The translations under genes were made by a program, and so were the position numbers. Source: an uncultured Methanoregula sp. (lineage in GTDB: Archaea; Halobacteriota; Methanomicrobia; Methanomicrobiales; Methanospirillaceae). Taken from it: 64,000 bases of DNA. Shown one piece after another: positions 9,595 to 20,000 of the stretch. Each line of letters begins with the position of its first letter. Positions within the stretch are counted from its first letter, which is position 1. The notes under the pieces are model-generated. The model made no database searches and had not been told where the DNA came from. It saw nothing but the letters and a program-made list of their open reading frames with translations. The stretch spans positions 26,334-90,333 of the forward strand of contig CAZPVQ010000005.1 of assembly GCA_964590415.1 (NCBI GenBank). Direction: 5' to 3'.

Positions 9595-10091
9595 TCCTCT
9601 CCAAATCCGGACGGATCAATTAAGCACTTTGGCTGATCTAAATTATTCATTAAATGAAATAGTTAAATAGATGCCAAGAAGCGCTGCCTTGCATCATTTC
9701 GTATTTACAGAACATTCATTAAAAAAATATTTTTTTGCAATAACTTATAAAAACAACCGGACCACCCATTTTCTATTCTATCTCTTTTCAAATCATAACG
9801 TTCCTGAATTTTTTTAAAATAATGAGGGGATATCATGAACCAGTATCATCCGTCATGGCAAGCGGGCAGTAAAAGTCACTCGGCCGAGGAATACAACCTA
9901 TGAATACACGTCTGCATTCCGATGTTCTCTGGATAACAGTTTACATAGAGGTTTAAACGGAATTCTCGTTTGGTAAGGATGATCAGGAAGGATGAGTAAA
10001 ATCAAATATTTATTAAAATATTTGTTTATGTTTTTATTTCAAATTCCCAAGGGTTCTACAACATTCACAGAAAAGAATTGAGAAGGGTAGT

Positions 10092-11120
10092 TCAGATTTT
10101 TTTCTTTTCATACATGTGCCAGATTTTACAGGCACCTTCATGGCTGACCATACAGGGTCCGACCGGTGTTCTCGGATTACACACTTTTGAAAAGAGCCTG
10201 CAATCCGAAGGCTGGGCGATTCCCCTGATAACCTTATCGCAGATACAGGAGTTATGTTTACTGATATGTCTGAACACAATACTGAACTTTTTCTGAGCAT
10301 CGTACTGTTCAAACTCCTTCTTCAGCCGTAATCCCGAACCCGGAATCACCGGGAAGCCACGCCATTCGACATCATATGGCTCAAAGACCTCATACATCAC
10401 CTTTTTGGCTTTAAAGTTTCCTTCACGGGTGACTGCACGCGGGTAGGCATTATCTACCCGGTGCGTACCTTCCCGAACCTGGCGCACCAGCATAAGGAGC
10501 CCGAGCAGGATGTCATCAGGTTCAAAGCCAGCAACAACCTGAGGGACAGGGAACTGTTCGTAATCTTCGTATCCCGTCACCGTACAGACATGTCCGGGAA
10601 GCATGAACCCACCCAGCTTTGCTTCACCCTGCTCAAGCAGCCATTTCATCGCCGGGGGAACAATGCGATGACAAGAAAGGATGGAGAAGTTTTCAGGAGG
10701 TTTTGTGAGTATTGTTGCGGCTACAGTAGGCGCAGTTGTTTCAAATCCGACAGAAATAAAAACAACTTCTTTTGAAGTCTTCCGAGCAAATTCAACTGCC
10801 TTATGAACACCCTGCACCACCCTTATGTCACCACTACTTGATTCCAGTGACCCTTTTGATCCCGGAACCCGGAGAAGATCACCATACGTGGTAACAATAC
10901 AATCCTTGTCTGCGAGATCTAAGGCTGCGTCGATTTCTCCCTGAGGAGTAATACAGACCGGACACCCGGGACCCATGACGATTTTAAGCCGTTCCGGAAG
11001 TAGACTGCGTAGTCCGGTACGTGCTATTGCTGCCTCATGGGTGCCACAAATATGCATAAAAGTAATATCCCGATCTACCAGTTCATTAAGTGTCTCTGCA
11101 ATTTCTTTTCCCGTCACCAT
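10092..11120 (-). CDS. hypD: Hydrogenase maturation protein HypD
   Basis: ICGTHE, GPGCPVC, GFETT, PGHV and C-terminal CIC..C..F..VCNPRTPVGPCMVSHEGAC. Confidence 0.97.
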   Translation of the reverse strand: MVTGKEIAETLNELVDRDITFMHICGTHEAAIARTGLRSLLPERLKIVMGPGCPVCITPQGEIDAALDLADKDCIVTTYGDLLRVPGSKGSLESSSGDIRVVQGVHKAVEFARKTSKEVVFISVGFETTAPTVAATILTKPPENFSILSCHRIVPPAMKWLLEQGEAKLGGFMLPGHVCTVTGYEDYEQFPVPQVVAGFEPDDILLGLLMLVRQVREGTHRVDNAYPRAVTREGNFKAKKVMYEVFEPYDVEWRGFPVIPGSGLRLKKEFEQYDAQKKFSIVFRHISKHNSCICDKVIRGIAQPSDCRLFSKVCNPRTPVGPCMVSHEGACKIWHMYEKKKI

Positions 11121-11430
11121 GCAATCTTAAAAGGATGGAGCGGGAGACGAAATAAGATTACGTATAGGAATGCTGGCGTGAATGAAATGGGTAACAGTTT
11201 TATAGGAAAAACGATTTTTGGGTCTGTTTTGCGCAACCCGCCATTATTTGAGTCGATTCAATAGCCAAAGAAACCGGTATTTACGGGAAATTGCCGAACC
11301 ATTTGTTTATGAAGGTATCTAATCAAGAGTTGGAATGCAGGTTGAAAAAAATAATTATCAGTTTACCAGTTTCTCTGTGAAATTCATCTTGCGTAAACAT
11401 TTAAAATGCTTTCAGGCAGATCACTCTTTC

Positions 11431-12150
11431 ATGTTCGGTATTTCCACATTTTGTCTTCATGAGGAAACTCTTGCAACCGCACTTGAAAGAATCTCCTCTA
11501 TTTCTGACTATATCGAAGTGATGGATGAAGGTTTACATTATCTGGAGAATAGCGAACCGCTCATGAGTTATTCCACTCAATTTTCCATCCACGCGCCCTG
11601 CAGGGGAACCAATATCGCAAGTCTTCTTGAACCGATACGACGGGCAAGTGTTGACGTGATAGAACAGTGTTTTTTAATTGCCGCAGAGATAAATGCAGGT
11701 GTTGTCGTGCATCCGGGATATTTTGCATGGACAGAGGAGCGGAAAAAGGCAGAACGACAGTTGGTGACTTCGATGGCAGATCTTACCGCTCTTGCAAATG
11801 AATATTCAGTACCGTATTATATCGAAAATATGGGCAACTGGGATTATTTCTTCCTAAAAACTCCAGATGAACTGCCCCTGATTGGGGACACTCCATTCGC
11901 GCTGGATGTAGGTCATGCACACTTGAATTTTTGTCTTTCGGAGTTTCTCCAATTACCGGCCGGACATTATCATCTTCATGACAACAATGGAAAAGAAGAT
12001 TCCCATGTAGCTGTCGGCGATGGTACTATAGATTTTGATCCGGTGATGAAGGCAATTCAGAAAAACAAAGTAATGCCGGTGATTGAAGTAGCAACATTTG
12101 AGGGGGTGCTTAAAAGTATCCAGACACTCAATATGCTCAGCCCTCAATAA
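11431..12150 (+). CDS. Sugar-phosphate isomerase/epimerase / AP-endonuclease-2 TIM-barrel protein
   Basis: SIHAP, VVHPG, IENM, LDVGHAHL, HLHDNNGKEDSH metal ligands; probable start MFGIST at 11431. Confidence 0.85.
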   Translation: MFGISTFCLHEETLATALERISSISDYIEVMDEGLHYLENSEPLMSYSTQFSIHAPCRGTNIASLLEPIRRASVDVIEQCFLIAAEINAGVVVHPGYFAWTEERKKAERQLVTSMADLTALANEYSVPYYIENMGNWDYFFLKTPDELPLIGDTPFALDVGHAHLNFCLSEFLQLPAGHYHLHDNNGKEDSHVAVGDGTIDFDPVMKAIQKNKVMPVIEVATFEGVLKSIQTLNMLSPQ

Positions 12151-12256
12151 ATTCCTAATTGCGGAGATTATCATTGTTTCTTGAAAATGACCTGTGCGGT
12201 TTTCTAAAGTTCCGCAATGTTTTATAGGGATTACTAACAACGTAATTAGGCAATCT

Positions 12257-12298
12257 GCCTCAGTGGCATAGTGTCACAGAGCGTCATTGGTAATGACG
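12257..12298 (+). pseudogene. Decayed 5' half of a tRNA-Thr(GGT)
   Basis: GCCTCAG-TG-GCAT..AGAGC followed by a perfect anticodon arm CGTCA-TTGGTAA-TGACG; no T arm or 3' acceptor strand follows. Confidence 0.6.
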
Positions 12299-12330
12299 AA
12301 TGGTAGATGGGCAATTATTACAAATAGAGA

Positions 12331-12404
12331 GCCTATGTGACACAGCCTGGCAGTGTGCCTCCTTGGTAAGGAGGAAGTCCCGAGTTCAAATCTCGGCATA
12401 GGCT
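12331..12404 (+). tRNA. tRNA-Thr(GGT)
   Basis: GCCTATG/CATAGGC acceptor, D arm ACAC/GTGT, anticodon arm CCTCC-TTGGTAA-GGAGG, T arm CCGAG-TTCAAAT-CTCGG, U73; no intron. Confidence 0.95.
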
Positions 12405-12635
12405 TATATTTTAAAGTTAAAATTTTAGATCCATTTTTTGAATTAAATGTTATCGTCGGATTACCTTCTTTCTATTGTACAATTCTATCCCATTTCATAA
12501 AGTCCGGTTCTGGGCAATGCCTCGTAACATGGTCACAGTATTTTTTTGCCGGTTCCATGAACAAAGAAAAAACACTATCTCATTGACAAGGGGAATAGAG
12601 ACATCCAGGAAAAATTCGGGGTATTTTTTGATTTT

Positions 12636-13376
12636 TTATTTTATCTTCAGTTCTTCAATTACAGGACTATCAAAACTAATGAGAGAATCACTATTTGATA
12701 AATATATATCAACTCTTTCAATTTCTCTCTGTCCGGCTTTCACGGATAGTGCTGTCATCGCATGTGCTGAATCCCCTAGTTTAACATGAGACCGGCCATC
12801 AATATACGTATACCCGACACTTAGGTCAACTGAGATTGTGTGGTCTACCGTTTCAGGATTTATAAACTCAACATAAACAGAAACAACGTTATCGTTCTTG
12901 TAATAGTCTAGGATTTGTGCAGTCGGTCGAGCAGTCGGATTTGGAAATTCCACATCCCTTTGTAACCGTTCGCTGAAATCGACATTCACATACCTTCCGA
13001 ATTTGGTAATAACATTCTCCTGCTCACATACAGAACCCACGCAGACCCTTACGGTATGGTTCCCTTCAGAAACCATAAGGTAAAGGGGGTTGGTTGGTTT
13101 CACCATTCCTACAGTCTCGTTGTCAAGAATGACTGACAAGTTTGCCGGATATGATATCCCACTGATGGACACTCTCAGTGATCCTCTGGATATATTGGAA
13201 CTATTGCCAGTTTCATTCATAGATGTGTTTGAAACGGGATCCGATAGATTGGAAAAGGGGGCAAAACTTGGCGCAGCCGTCAAATTTGCTGAATTTTTAT
13301 TCGTCACAGTTAGACAACCCGCAGCAAGTATAAATCCGACAGATAGAAGCACGACAAATGGCACAAGTAATTTCAT
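12636..13376 (-). CDS. Hypothetical exported lipoprotein-like protein, possible PEGA-like beta domain
   Basis: Signal peptide ending LAAGC (lipobox-like), Ser/Asn-rich linker, beta-strand-rich body (VILDNETVG..VSEGNHTVRV). Confidence 0.7.
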   Translation of the reverse strand: MKLLVPFVVLLSVGFILAAGCLTVTNKNSANLTAAPSFAPFSNLSDPVSNTSMNETGNSSNISRGSLRVSISGISYPANLSVILDNETVGMVKPTNPLYLMVSEGNHTVRVCVGSVCEQENVITKFGRYVNVDFSERLQRDVEFPNPTARPTAQILDYYKNDNVVSVYVEFINPETVDHTISVDLSVGYTYIDGRSHVKLGDSAHAMTALSVKAGQREIERVDIYLSNSDSLISFDSPVIEELKIK

Positions 13377-13858
13377 AGGTGGTTTGTTACACGAAGTTTG
13401 ATTTTAATTTAATAATATTATGTTGCTATGCACCAATGCCTTGCCAGATTTAAGTATTTTAACAGATAACGTAAAGAATCGGGAAGATCCGAACAGATAT
13501 AACCCCAGAGAGCACATTTCGAAGGATCTTCCGTCACGACTTTTCATCTATCTATTGATGTGAAATGATACCGCAGATTATTGAATATTGATAATGAGAT
13601 TGACATTCGCGTTATGTTGGCATTTTTCAACGGTTGGTGCAGATTCCTATGGGGGGGAAATTGAAAAGAATATTATAAAACCTGGGGGCTTGTGTTTTAA
13701 ATCCTGAGTTACTCATTTGATACGCACTAAGTAATCTTTGCAGCCTGGTCATTAACCTCATGCCCAAACCCGGATTTTAATTCATAAAAGCACGGATTTG
13801 ATGATGAATATACCGTGTTTTTGTAAAAAGAAACGTATTCGGTTCATTTAGCATCATA

Positions 13859-15412
13859 TCAAGGGGTGTTCTGAACGAAATATACATTCATTGCATTCCT
13901 GTCTATGGTTGTTCTATATCCTGCAACGCGAAGTTCCATCATAGAGAGACGGAGCCAGCTCCCAAATTTCCCAGGGGAATTATTTTCAGGATCCATGGAT
14001 GACAAATCTGAGTAGCCCTTGGATTTTGCAGCGGGCATGAGGATATTTTGTGCTGCCCAGTAATCAAGCGCAACCGGATCAGTGCTCGCTACGATGATAT
14101 TCATTCTTGTTGCCTGTGCATAGGTTGTTACGGGACCCGAGGGTTTCATGTTTGCATTAATCCAAATCGCATCAAGAATGGTAATAGCGGGGAACCGGGT
14201 CTCTGCCATCTGGGTCCCCATTCCCCCTTCGTCAACAGTTAAATGTGCCCTGCTCCCCATCTGGGTGGTGAGCTTATCCGATGGAACCCCCATATAATTT
14301 TTCACAGCTCCTGTAACTCCGAAAGTGCCATGCGTTTTCAGGACGGGTACATTGATGATTTTCAGCCGGTCCTCCTCATATGAACGTGTTTCGGGATTCC
14401 ATATACCTTTTTTGAAACTCACATAAGTTCCATGCTGAGTCCTGAATTTCGGATACGAGACAATAAGGCGAGTTCTTGGATTGGGGGTCTCATTAACAAT
14501 ATACCCATCATTCATATCACCTTCGTCGTACTCATTCACTCGCTGTGTTGTTATGGTATCCCAAAGATATGTTGATACCCGATTTGTTCCGGAAAATGAT
14601 CTGGCTACACGCTCCATTGACTGGGACTTGTCTTCTGCATTATTCTTTGCATAGTTCAGGTTTCCTCCGGTACCTGTTGCTCCATATTGCGCCTGACCGT
14701 TATCAGCCACGATTATCTCCCCCGTGAATCCGTCAGGATGGTCTACAATTGCCTGAATCAGCGACCTGATGAGATCGGTATTTGTACCCCCGCGTTCATT
14801 CCACTGACCGTTTACTTTAATAATCACGACATCATCCTTTGCAATCAATCCAGATTTATCCGTCCCATTTCCTACAGCATAAAAGGGGGTTCCTTTACGC
14901 TCCATCAGTTTGAAGAGCTGGTAGACACCCCCGTCATTCCCCGAAGTACCGTTCACTACAAAGATATCTGAAGTAACAGAGGTCCCGTTTATTTTTTCTG
15001 CGATGGCATACCCGTCAAGGGATTGGGATGGACCGCTGGTGACGGGATCTGAAGGCAGACCTCCAAAAAAATACCATGCACCGATTATGAGAGTAAACGC
15101 AATTATACCAATACCCAAAAATCTTGCGGTCTGTCCGCGTCCATTTCCATTTGATCTGATAATAGATACCAGCGGGAGGAGATATACTGCGAACCAGAGA
15201 TTTGCTCCGGCTACTGATGCTTTCTGACAGGGATATTCTATACGTGAGGGTTTTGTGCCTGTCCTGAAAAGAAACCAGACAATGCAGGCCACCCCCATGA
15301 CAAAGAAGAAGAGATTATGGCGAATCCAGTGAATTACTCTTCGTTTTATTGTCATATCATGCATTTCCGATTCCATTGAATGCTGTTTTTTTGACAGGTC
15401 AATATCTTTCAT
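13859..15412 (-). CDS. Membrane-anchored DUF362-domain protein
   Basis: Three hydrophobic N-terminal segments with WFLFRTGTKPSRIEYPCQKA; DUF362-type motifs IKVN, NVPVLKTHG..VTGAVKNYMG, STDPVALD; start uncertain. Confidence 0.75.
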   Translation of the reverse strand: MKDIDLSKKQHSMESEMHDMTIKRRVIHWIRHNLFFFVMGVACIVWFLFRTGTKPSRIEYPCQKASVAGANLWFAVYLLPLVSIIRSNGNGRGQTARFLGIGIIAFTLIIGAWYFFGGLPSDPVTSGPSQSLDGYAIAEKINGTSVTSDIFVVNGTSGNDGGVYQLFKLMERKGTPFYAVGNGTDKSGLIAKDDVVIIKVNGQWNERGGTNTDLIRSLIQAIVDHPDGFTGEIIVADNGQAQYGATGTGGNLNYAKNNAEDKSQSMERVARSFSGTNRVSTYLWDTITTQRVNEYDEGDMNDGYIVNETPNPRTRLIVSYPKFRTQHGTYVSFKKGIWNPETRSYEEDRLKIINVPVLKTHGTFGVTGAVKNYMGVPSDKLTTQMGSRAHLTVDEGGMGTQMAETRFPAITILDAIWINANMKPSGPVTTYAQATRMNIIVASTDPVALDYWAAQNILMPAAKSKGYSDLSSMDPENNSPGKFGSWLRLSMMELRVAGYRTTIDRNAMNVYFVQNTP

Positions 15413-16118
15413 ATTATGAATACCCTGATGAAATCCCTGCAAGTTTCATTAATATTGGATTATGCTGTTGTTCTTCCATATGTGATTTCGCATTCTGACA
15501 AATTTTTAATTGTCCTAGTTTTTTTTATCCGCATTACTCCACTAGAACATCAGAATAAGTGATAACCTGCTGGAAACAAGTTCAGAAATTACAAACATCC
15601 TGACAGAATGGCCAGTTCATCTCATGTTGCCATTTGTTGTAATGTCAGAATGACCGGTATTACAGAGTAGGTATTTTCTTCTGCTGATTGAATTCCCCGT
15701 TGAAAATCCCTCACGGATTATCTACGGTGTTCTATCAACTAAGTAATTACCTTGGGATTGTCCCAATATGTTGTTTCGTTGCCAATTGGTAAGATACAGG
15801 TCATAACCACAATTTCGATCCCTTTTCCTAAAAACCGAAATAGTCTGGTATGCCAAGTCGGAGAGGGCGTGAAGGATAGTTCAGTGAAAGGTTCCCGGGT
15901 ACTGACAAGTCAGTTACACAGATAACCCCCTTGAATTTTTAACAGTTATGATAAAAAATTTTAACCATGTATTTGGTATTTCCTTTTTAAAAAAAACGCC
16001 AATATGTAATGTGCATACCAGTTAAAACTTTTTAAAAAAATTATAATGACCTGTAATTTTTTATATAGGTATTTATATAGGAGTATCCAACGGTAAATAA
16101 TTATTTCCTTTTTCAAAG

Positions 16119-16787
16119 GTGAACAGTGTGGATAGTGGAAAGATTATCGAAGATTCGTTGGAATATGCGAAAGAGGGTCTGATTGGAAAATGGAAGAAAT
16201 GGATACTTCTTGTTTTCAGCTGCATCGTGTTCCCGCTCTATCTGGGATATATCATACGAATTTTTCGTGGTGCAAATCCATCTCCGAAATTTGATAACTG
16301 GGGCAGCATGTTCATTGACGGAATCAGACTTTTCATTGTTGGTTTAATCTGCTCATTACCAGTACTTATCTTATCTTTTGTGCTTTTTGAAAGTGCAGAT
16401 ATGATAAGAACTTCAGTGAATCCCGTTACCATCGGGGGGTTGATAATTGCCATTCTTATGGGGGCGATTATTCTTGTTATGGTTGCCATTTCAGTCTTGT
16501 TGATTGTCATGACTGCAGGAGTTCGTTTTGCACGTACTGATTCTATTGGTGAAGCGTTCAATTTCGGAGCTATCCTTGCTCATATTGGCAGGATTGGCTG
16601 GATGACCTACACTATCGCACTGCTGATGATACTCATTACTCTAATCAACATAATAATAATCTGTCTTATAATAAACATGGTAATCCCCTACACCGGTATT
16701 ATTCTTTTCCTCATTCTGCTTCCATTTCTGAGTTTATTCTCTCCACGGTATATCACACTGCTCTATGAAAGTGCAGATGCAGCATAA
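16119..16787 (+). CDS. DUF4013 membrane protein
   Basis: DSLEYAKEGL..W.KWILL, GYIIRIFRG..P.FDNWGSMFIDG, RFARTDSIGEAFNF; several TM helices; likely start GTG 16128. Confidence 0.85.
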   Translation: MNSVDSGKIIEDSLEYAKEGLIGKWKKWILLVFSCIVFPLYLGYIIRIFRGANPSPKFDNWGSMFIDGIRLFIVGLICSLPVLILSFVLFESADMIRTSVNPVTIGGLIIAILMGAIILVMVAISVLLIVMTAGVRFARTDSIGEAFNFGAILAHIGRIGWMTYTIALLMILITLINIIIICLIINMVIPYTGIILFLILLPFLSLFSPRYITLLYESADAA

Positions 16788-17035
16788 TTTTTTATTTTGA
16801 TAACAGTCGAAGGGATATTACATTCCCTGGCTTTCCCCACTCGTGTTTAGTTTTTACGGGAATATCAAAAATCAAACGATCAAGATTATGGTATATAAAT
16901 AGTATTGATAAATATTGATACACATACATAAGTACCAGAAAGGGTATATGCCGATTATTTAAACCATTATAGGTGAGCATTAAGTGCAGAAAATACCTGA
17001 ATATCAAATGCTATTTACAGTGAGGTAAGAAATTT

Positions 17036-20000
17036 ATGAATAAGAGTGATGCTGAGGCATTGTTGCGACAGGGCATCGAACTCTATGATCTTGGCAGATA
17101 TCAGGAAGCCATCATCATGTTTGACCGGGCACTCGCCCTCTTTCCCGACCTTTCAAAAGCCTATTATTTCAAAGGGATAGCCCTGTATGACCTTGGCAAA
17201 TACGAAGATGCGATTGATTCCTACGATCATGCAGTTACAATCGATCCGGCTGACACAAATGCATGGTACAATAAAGCAGCAACACTTGCCCAGATTGGGA
17301 AGAATGAAAAAGCGCTCGAAGCATGCGATCGGTTACTCGCGACCTCCTGGGACAATGCAGAAGCATGGATCCTTAAAGGAATTGCCTTTTATGAATTGGG
17401 ACGCTTTAAGGAAGCCATTAGCGCATATGATCATGCGCTAACGGTCGATCCCCGCCATGCAAAGGTCTATTATAATAAAGGAATTGCCCTTGCTGATCTC
17501 AGTCGGCACAATGAGGCAATTTTAGCCTACGATAAGGCAATTGAAATTGTACCTACGTATGCCAGGGCATTCTATAACAAAGGAATATCCTTATATGACC
17601 TCGGAAAATACGCTGATTCCCTGAACGCTTTCAATAAGGCGTACGAATTGGATCCCACTGATATCTGGGTATGGTATTACCGCAGTTTCATTCTTGCAAA
17701 ACAGGAACAATACAGCGAAGCCAATGAATCGGCTGATAAATTCCTTGAATATGAACCGGGACATTCTGATATCTGGGCGATTAAAGGAATTTCATTGTTC
17801 AAAATCGGAAGATATGAAGACGCAATTACTGCACTTGATAGATCCCTTGAAATTGATCCCCTGATTGCTGATGCATGGCTTCACCGGGGACTGTCTTTAA
17901 ATAAGATTCAGAAGTTCAGCGATGCAGTTTTTGCGTTCAATAAAGCTATTGAACTTAGCCCGGAAAATGCCAGTGCATATTACAACCGGGGTATTGCCTT
18001 AGCCTATCAGAGTAAATACCGCGATGCTGCAATCGACTTCGATCATGTTCTCTCACTTGATCCAGAAAATTCCGATGCGCTGTATCTGAAAGGAGTTGCC
18101 TGTATAAAACTCAGCCGGTATGAGGATGCACTCGCTTCATTTACGCAAACGCTTTTAAAAACGGAACATCCGGCATCATTTTATTACCGTGGAATCGCCC
18201 TTACCAAGCTCGGCAGGCATAAAGAAGCAATCGAATCATTCGAACGAGCACTCGATCAGGATCCCCAATGCGCTTCCGCTGCATATCAGGAAGGAATAGC
18301 CTATGCGAATCTCGGCAGATTTGCCGAAGCTATCAGCGCCTATGACCTGGCATTAAAAATCAATCCACTATTTACCGATGCATTCTACAATAAGGGATTT
18401 GCACTCGCGAAACTGGGTAATATTAACGAAGCAATTCAGGAATTTGATAAGACCATCCTGCAGGACCGGGAAAACGCACAGGCATATCACCAGAAAGGCC
18501 TCCTGCTTGCAAGGCTTGGAAAATATGGTGATGCCATAGATTCTTACAACGAAAGTATTACGATCAAACCCTCATACGCCCAGACATACTTTGACAAAGG
18601 TCTCTCTTTAGCAAAACTCGAAAAGTTCGAGCTGGCAATCGATGCGTTCGAGCAGGCAATTGAAATCAATCCAAACTACGTAAACGCTTATTATAATCTG
18701 GGACTTGCGCTCCTTCGACTCGACAGATTTGACGATGCAATTTATGCATTTAATCAGGCGCTGGAAATTGATCCAGCAAATACCCTTGTGCTCTATCAAA
18801 GGGGAATTTCTCTCATGCAGATCAAGCACTATGCTGAGGCTGTTGCAGATCTGGATACTGTACTTGCACTCTTACCCCAAAATACCGGAGCGTTGTATAA
18901 CCGGGGGATCGCACTCTTTAACCTTTCAAGATATCAGGAATCGCTGGTAGCTTTTGATGATGCAATCGACCAAAACCCGGGACTGGTTGAGGGTTGGCTC
19001 TATAAGGGAATAACTCTCAACAACCTCGGCTTGCTGGAAGACGCAATTGTTGCATTTGACAAAGTACTCATGTTAAATCCAAGACACTCTGAAGCAGCAG
19101 TTCGTAAAGGAATCGTCCTTGTCGCCCTTTGTCGATTTGATGAAGCAATAGTGATCCTCGATCGTGCTCTTGAAGAGAAACCTGATAACGACTGGGCATG
19201 GTGTAACAGGGGCATTGCCCTCTCCGCTATCGAAAGATTTGAAGAATCAATCCAGTCATTTGACAAAGCTTTGGAAATCAACAACCGATGCACGCGTGCT
19301 ATCTATGAGAAAGCGAATGCCCTTTCAGCTATAGGAAACCAGTCCGAGGCAGTAGCACTCTATGATCATGCATTAGAGATTGAACCCGATAATCCAAGAA
19401 TTCTCTATTTTAAAGGGGTGGCCTTATCCCGTCAGGAACAGTATAACGATGCAATCGACACATTTAAACAGGCTCTTTCTCATGAACCGGAAAATGCTTC
19501 CGGATATTATTACCTTGGTGTTGCATATGCCGGAACTGAGCGATATTATGAAGCAATAACAGCGTTCGACCATTCCCTTGCGATTGAACCCTCAAATGCC
19601 CTCATCCACCATTTCAAGGGCATTGCACTCATCGCGATAGAGCACTATGATGAAGCTTTAGCCGAATTCAATCATGCCATTACACTCGATCCTGCTCATG
19701 CTCCGTCATATTATTATTTAGGGATTGTTCACCTCCAGTTAAAACAATATGAAGATGCGATCGCAGCATTTGAAAGAACAAATGCATTGGAGCCAAAAGG
19801 AAAAGATGCTATTGTCAGAAAGGGAATTGCTCTTGTCAAGCTCGAAAAAAATGAGGAGGCAGTTGCAGTTTTCAACAGATATCTTAAGGAAAGTCCCCGT
19901 GATGCCCTGGCATGGTGTTACCAGGGTATTGCACTTTCTTCCCTGGGACAATTTGAAAAAGCAGTTCAGGCATTCGATAAAACGATTGAGTTTAACCGGT

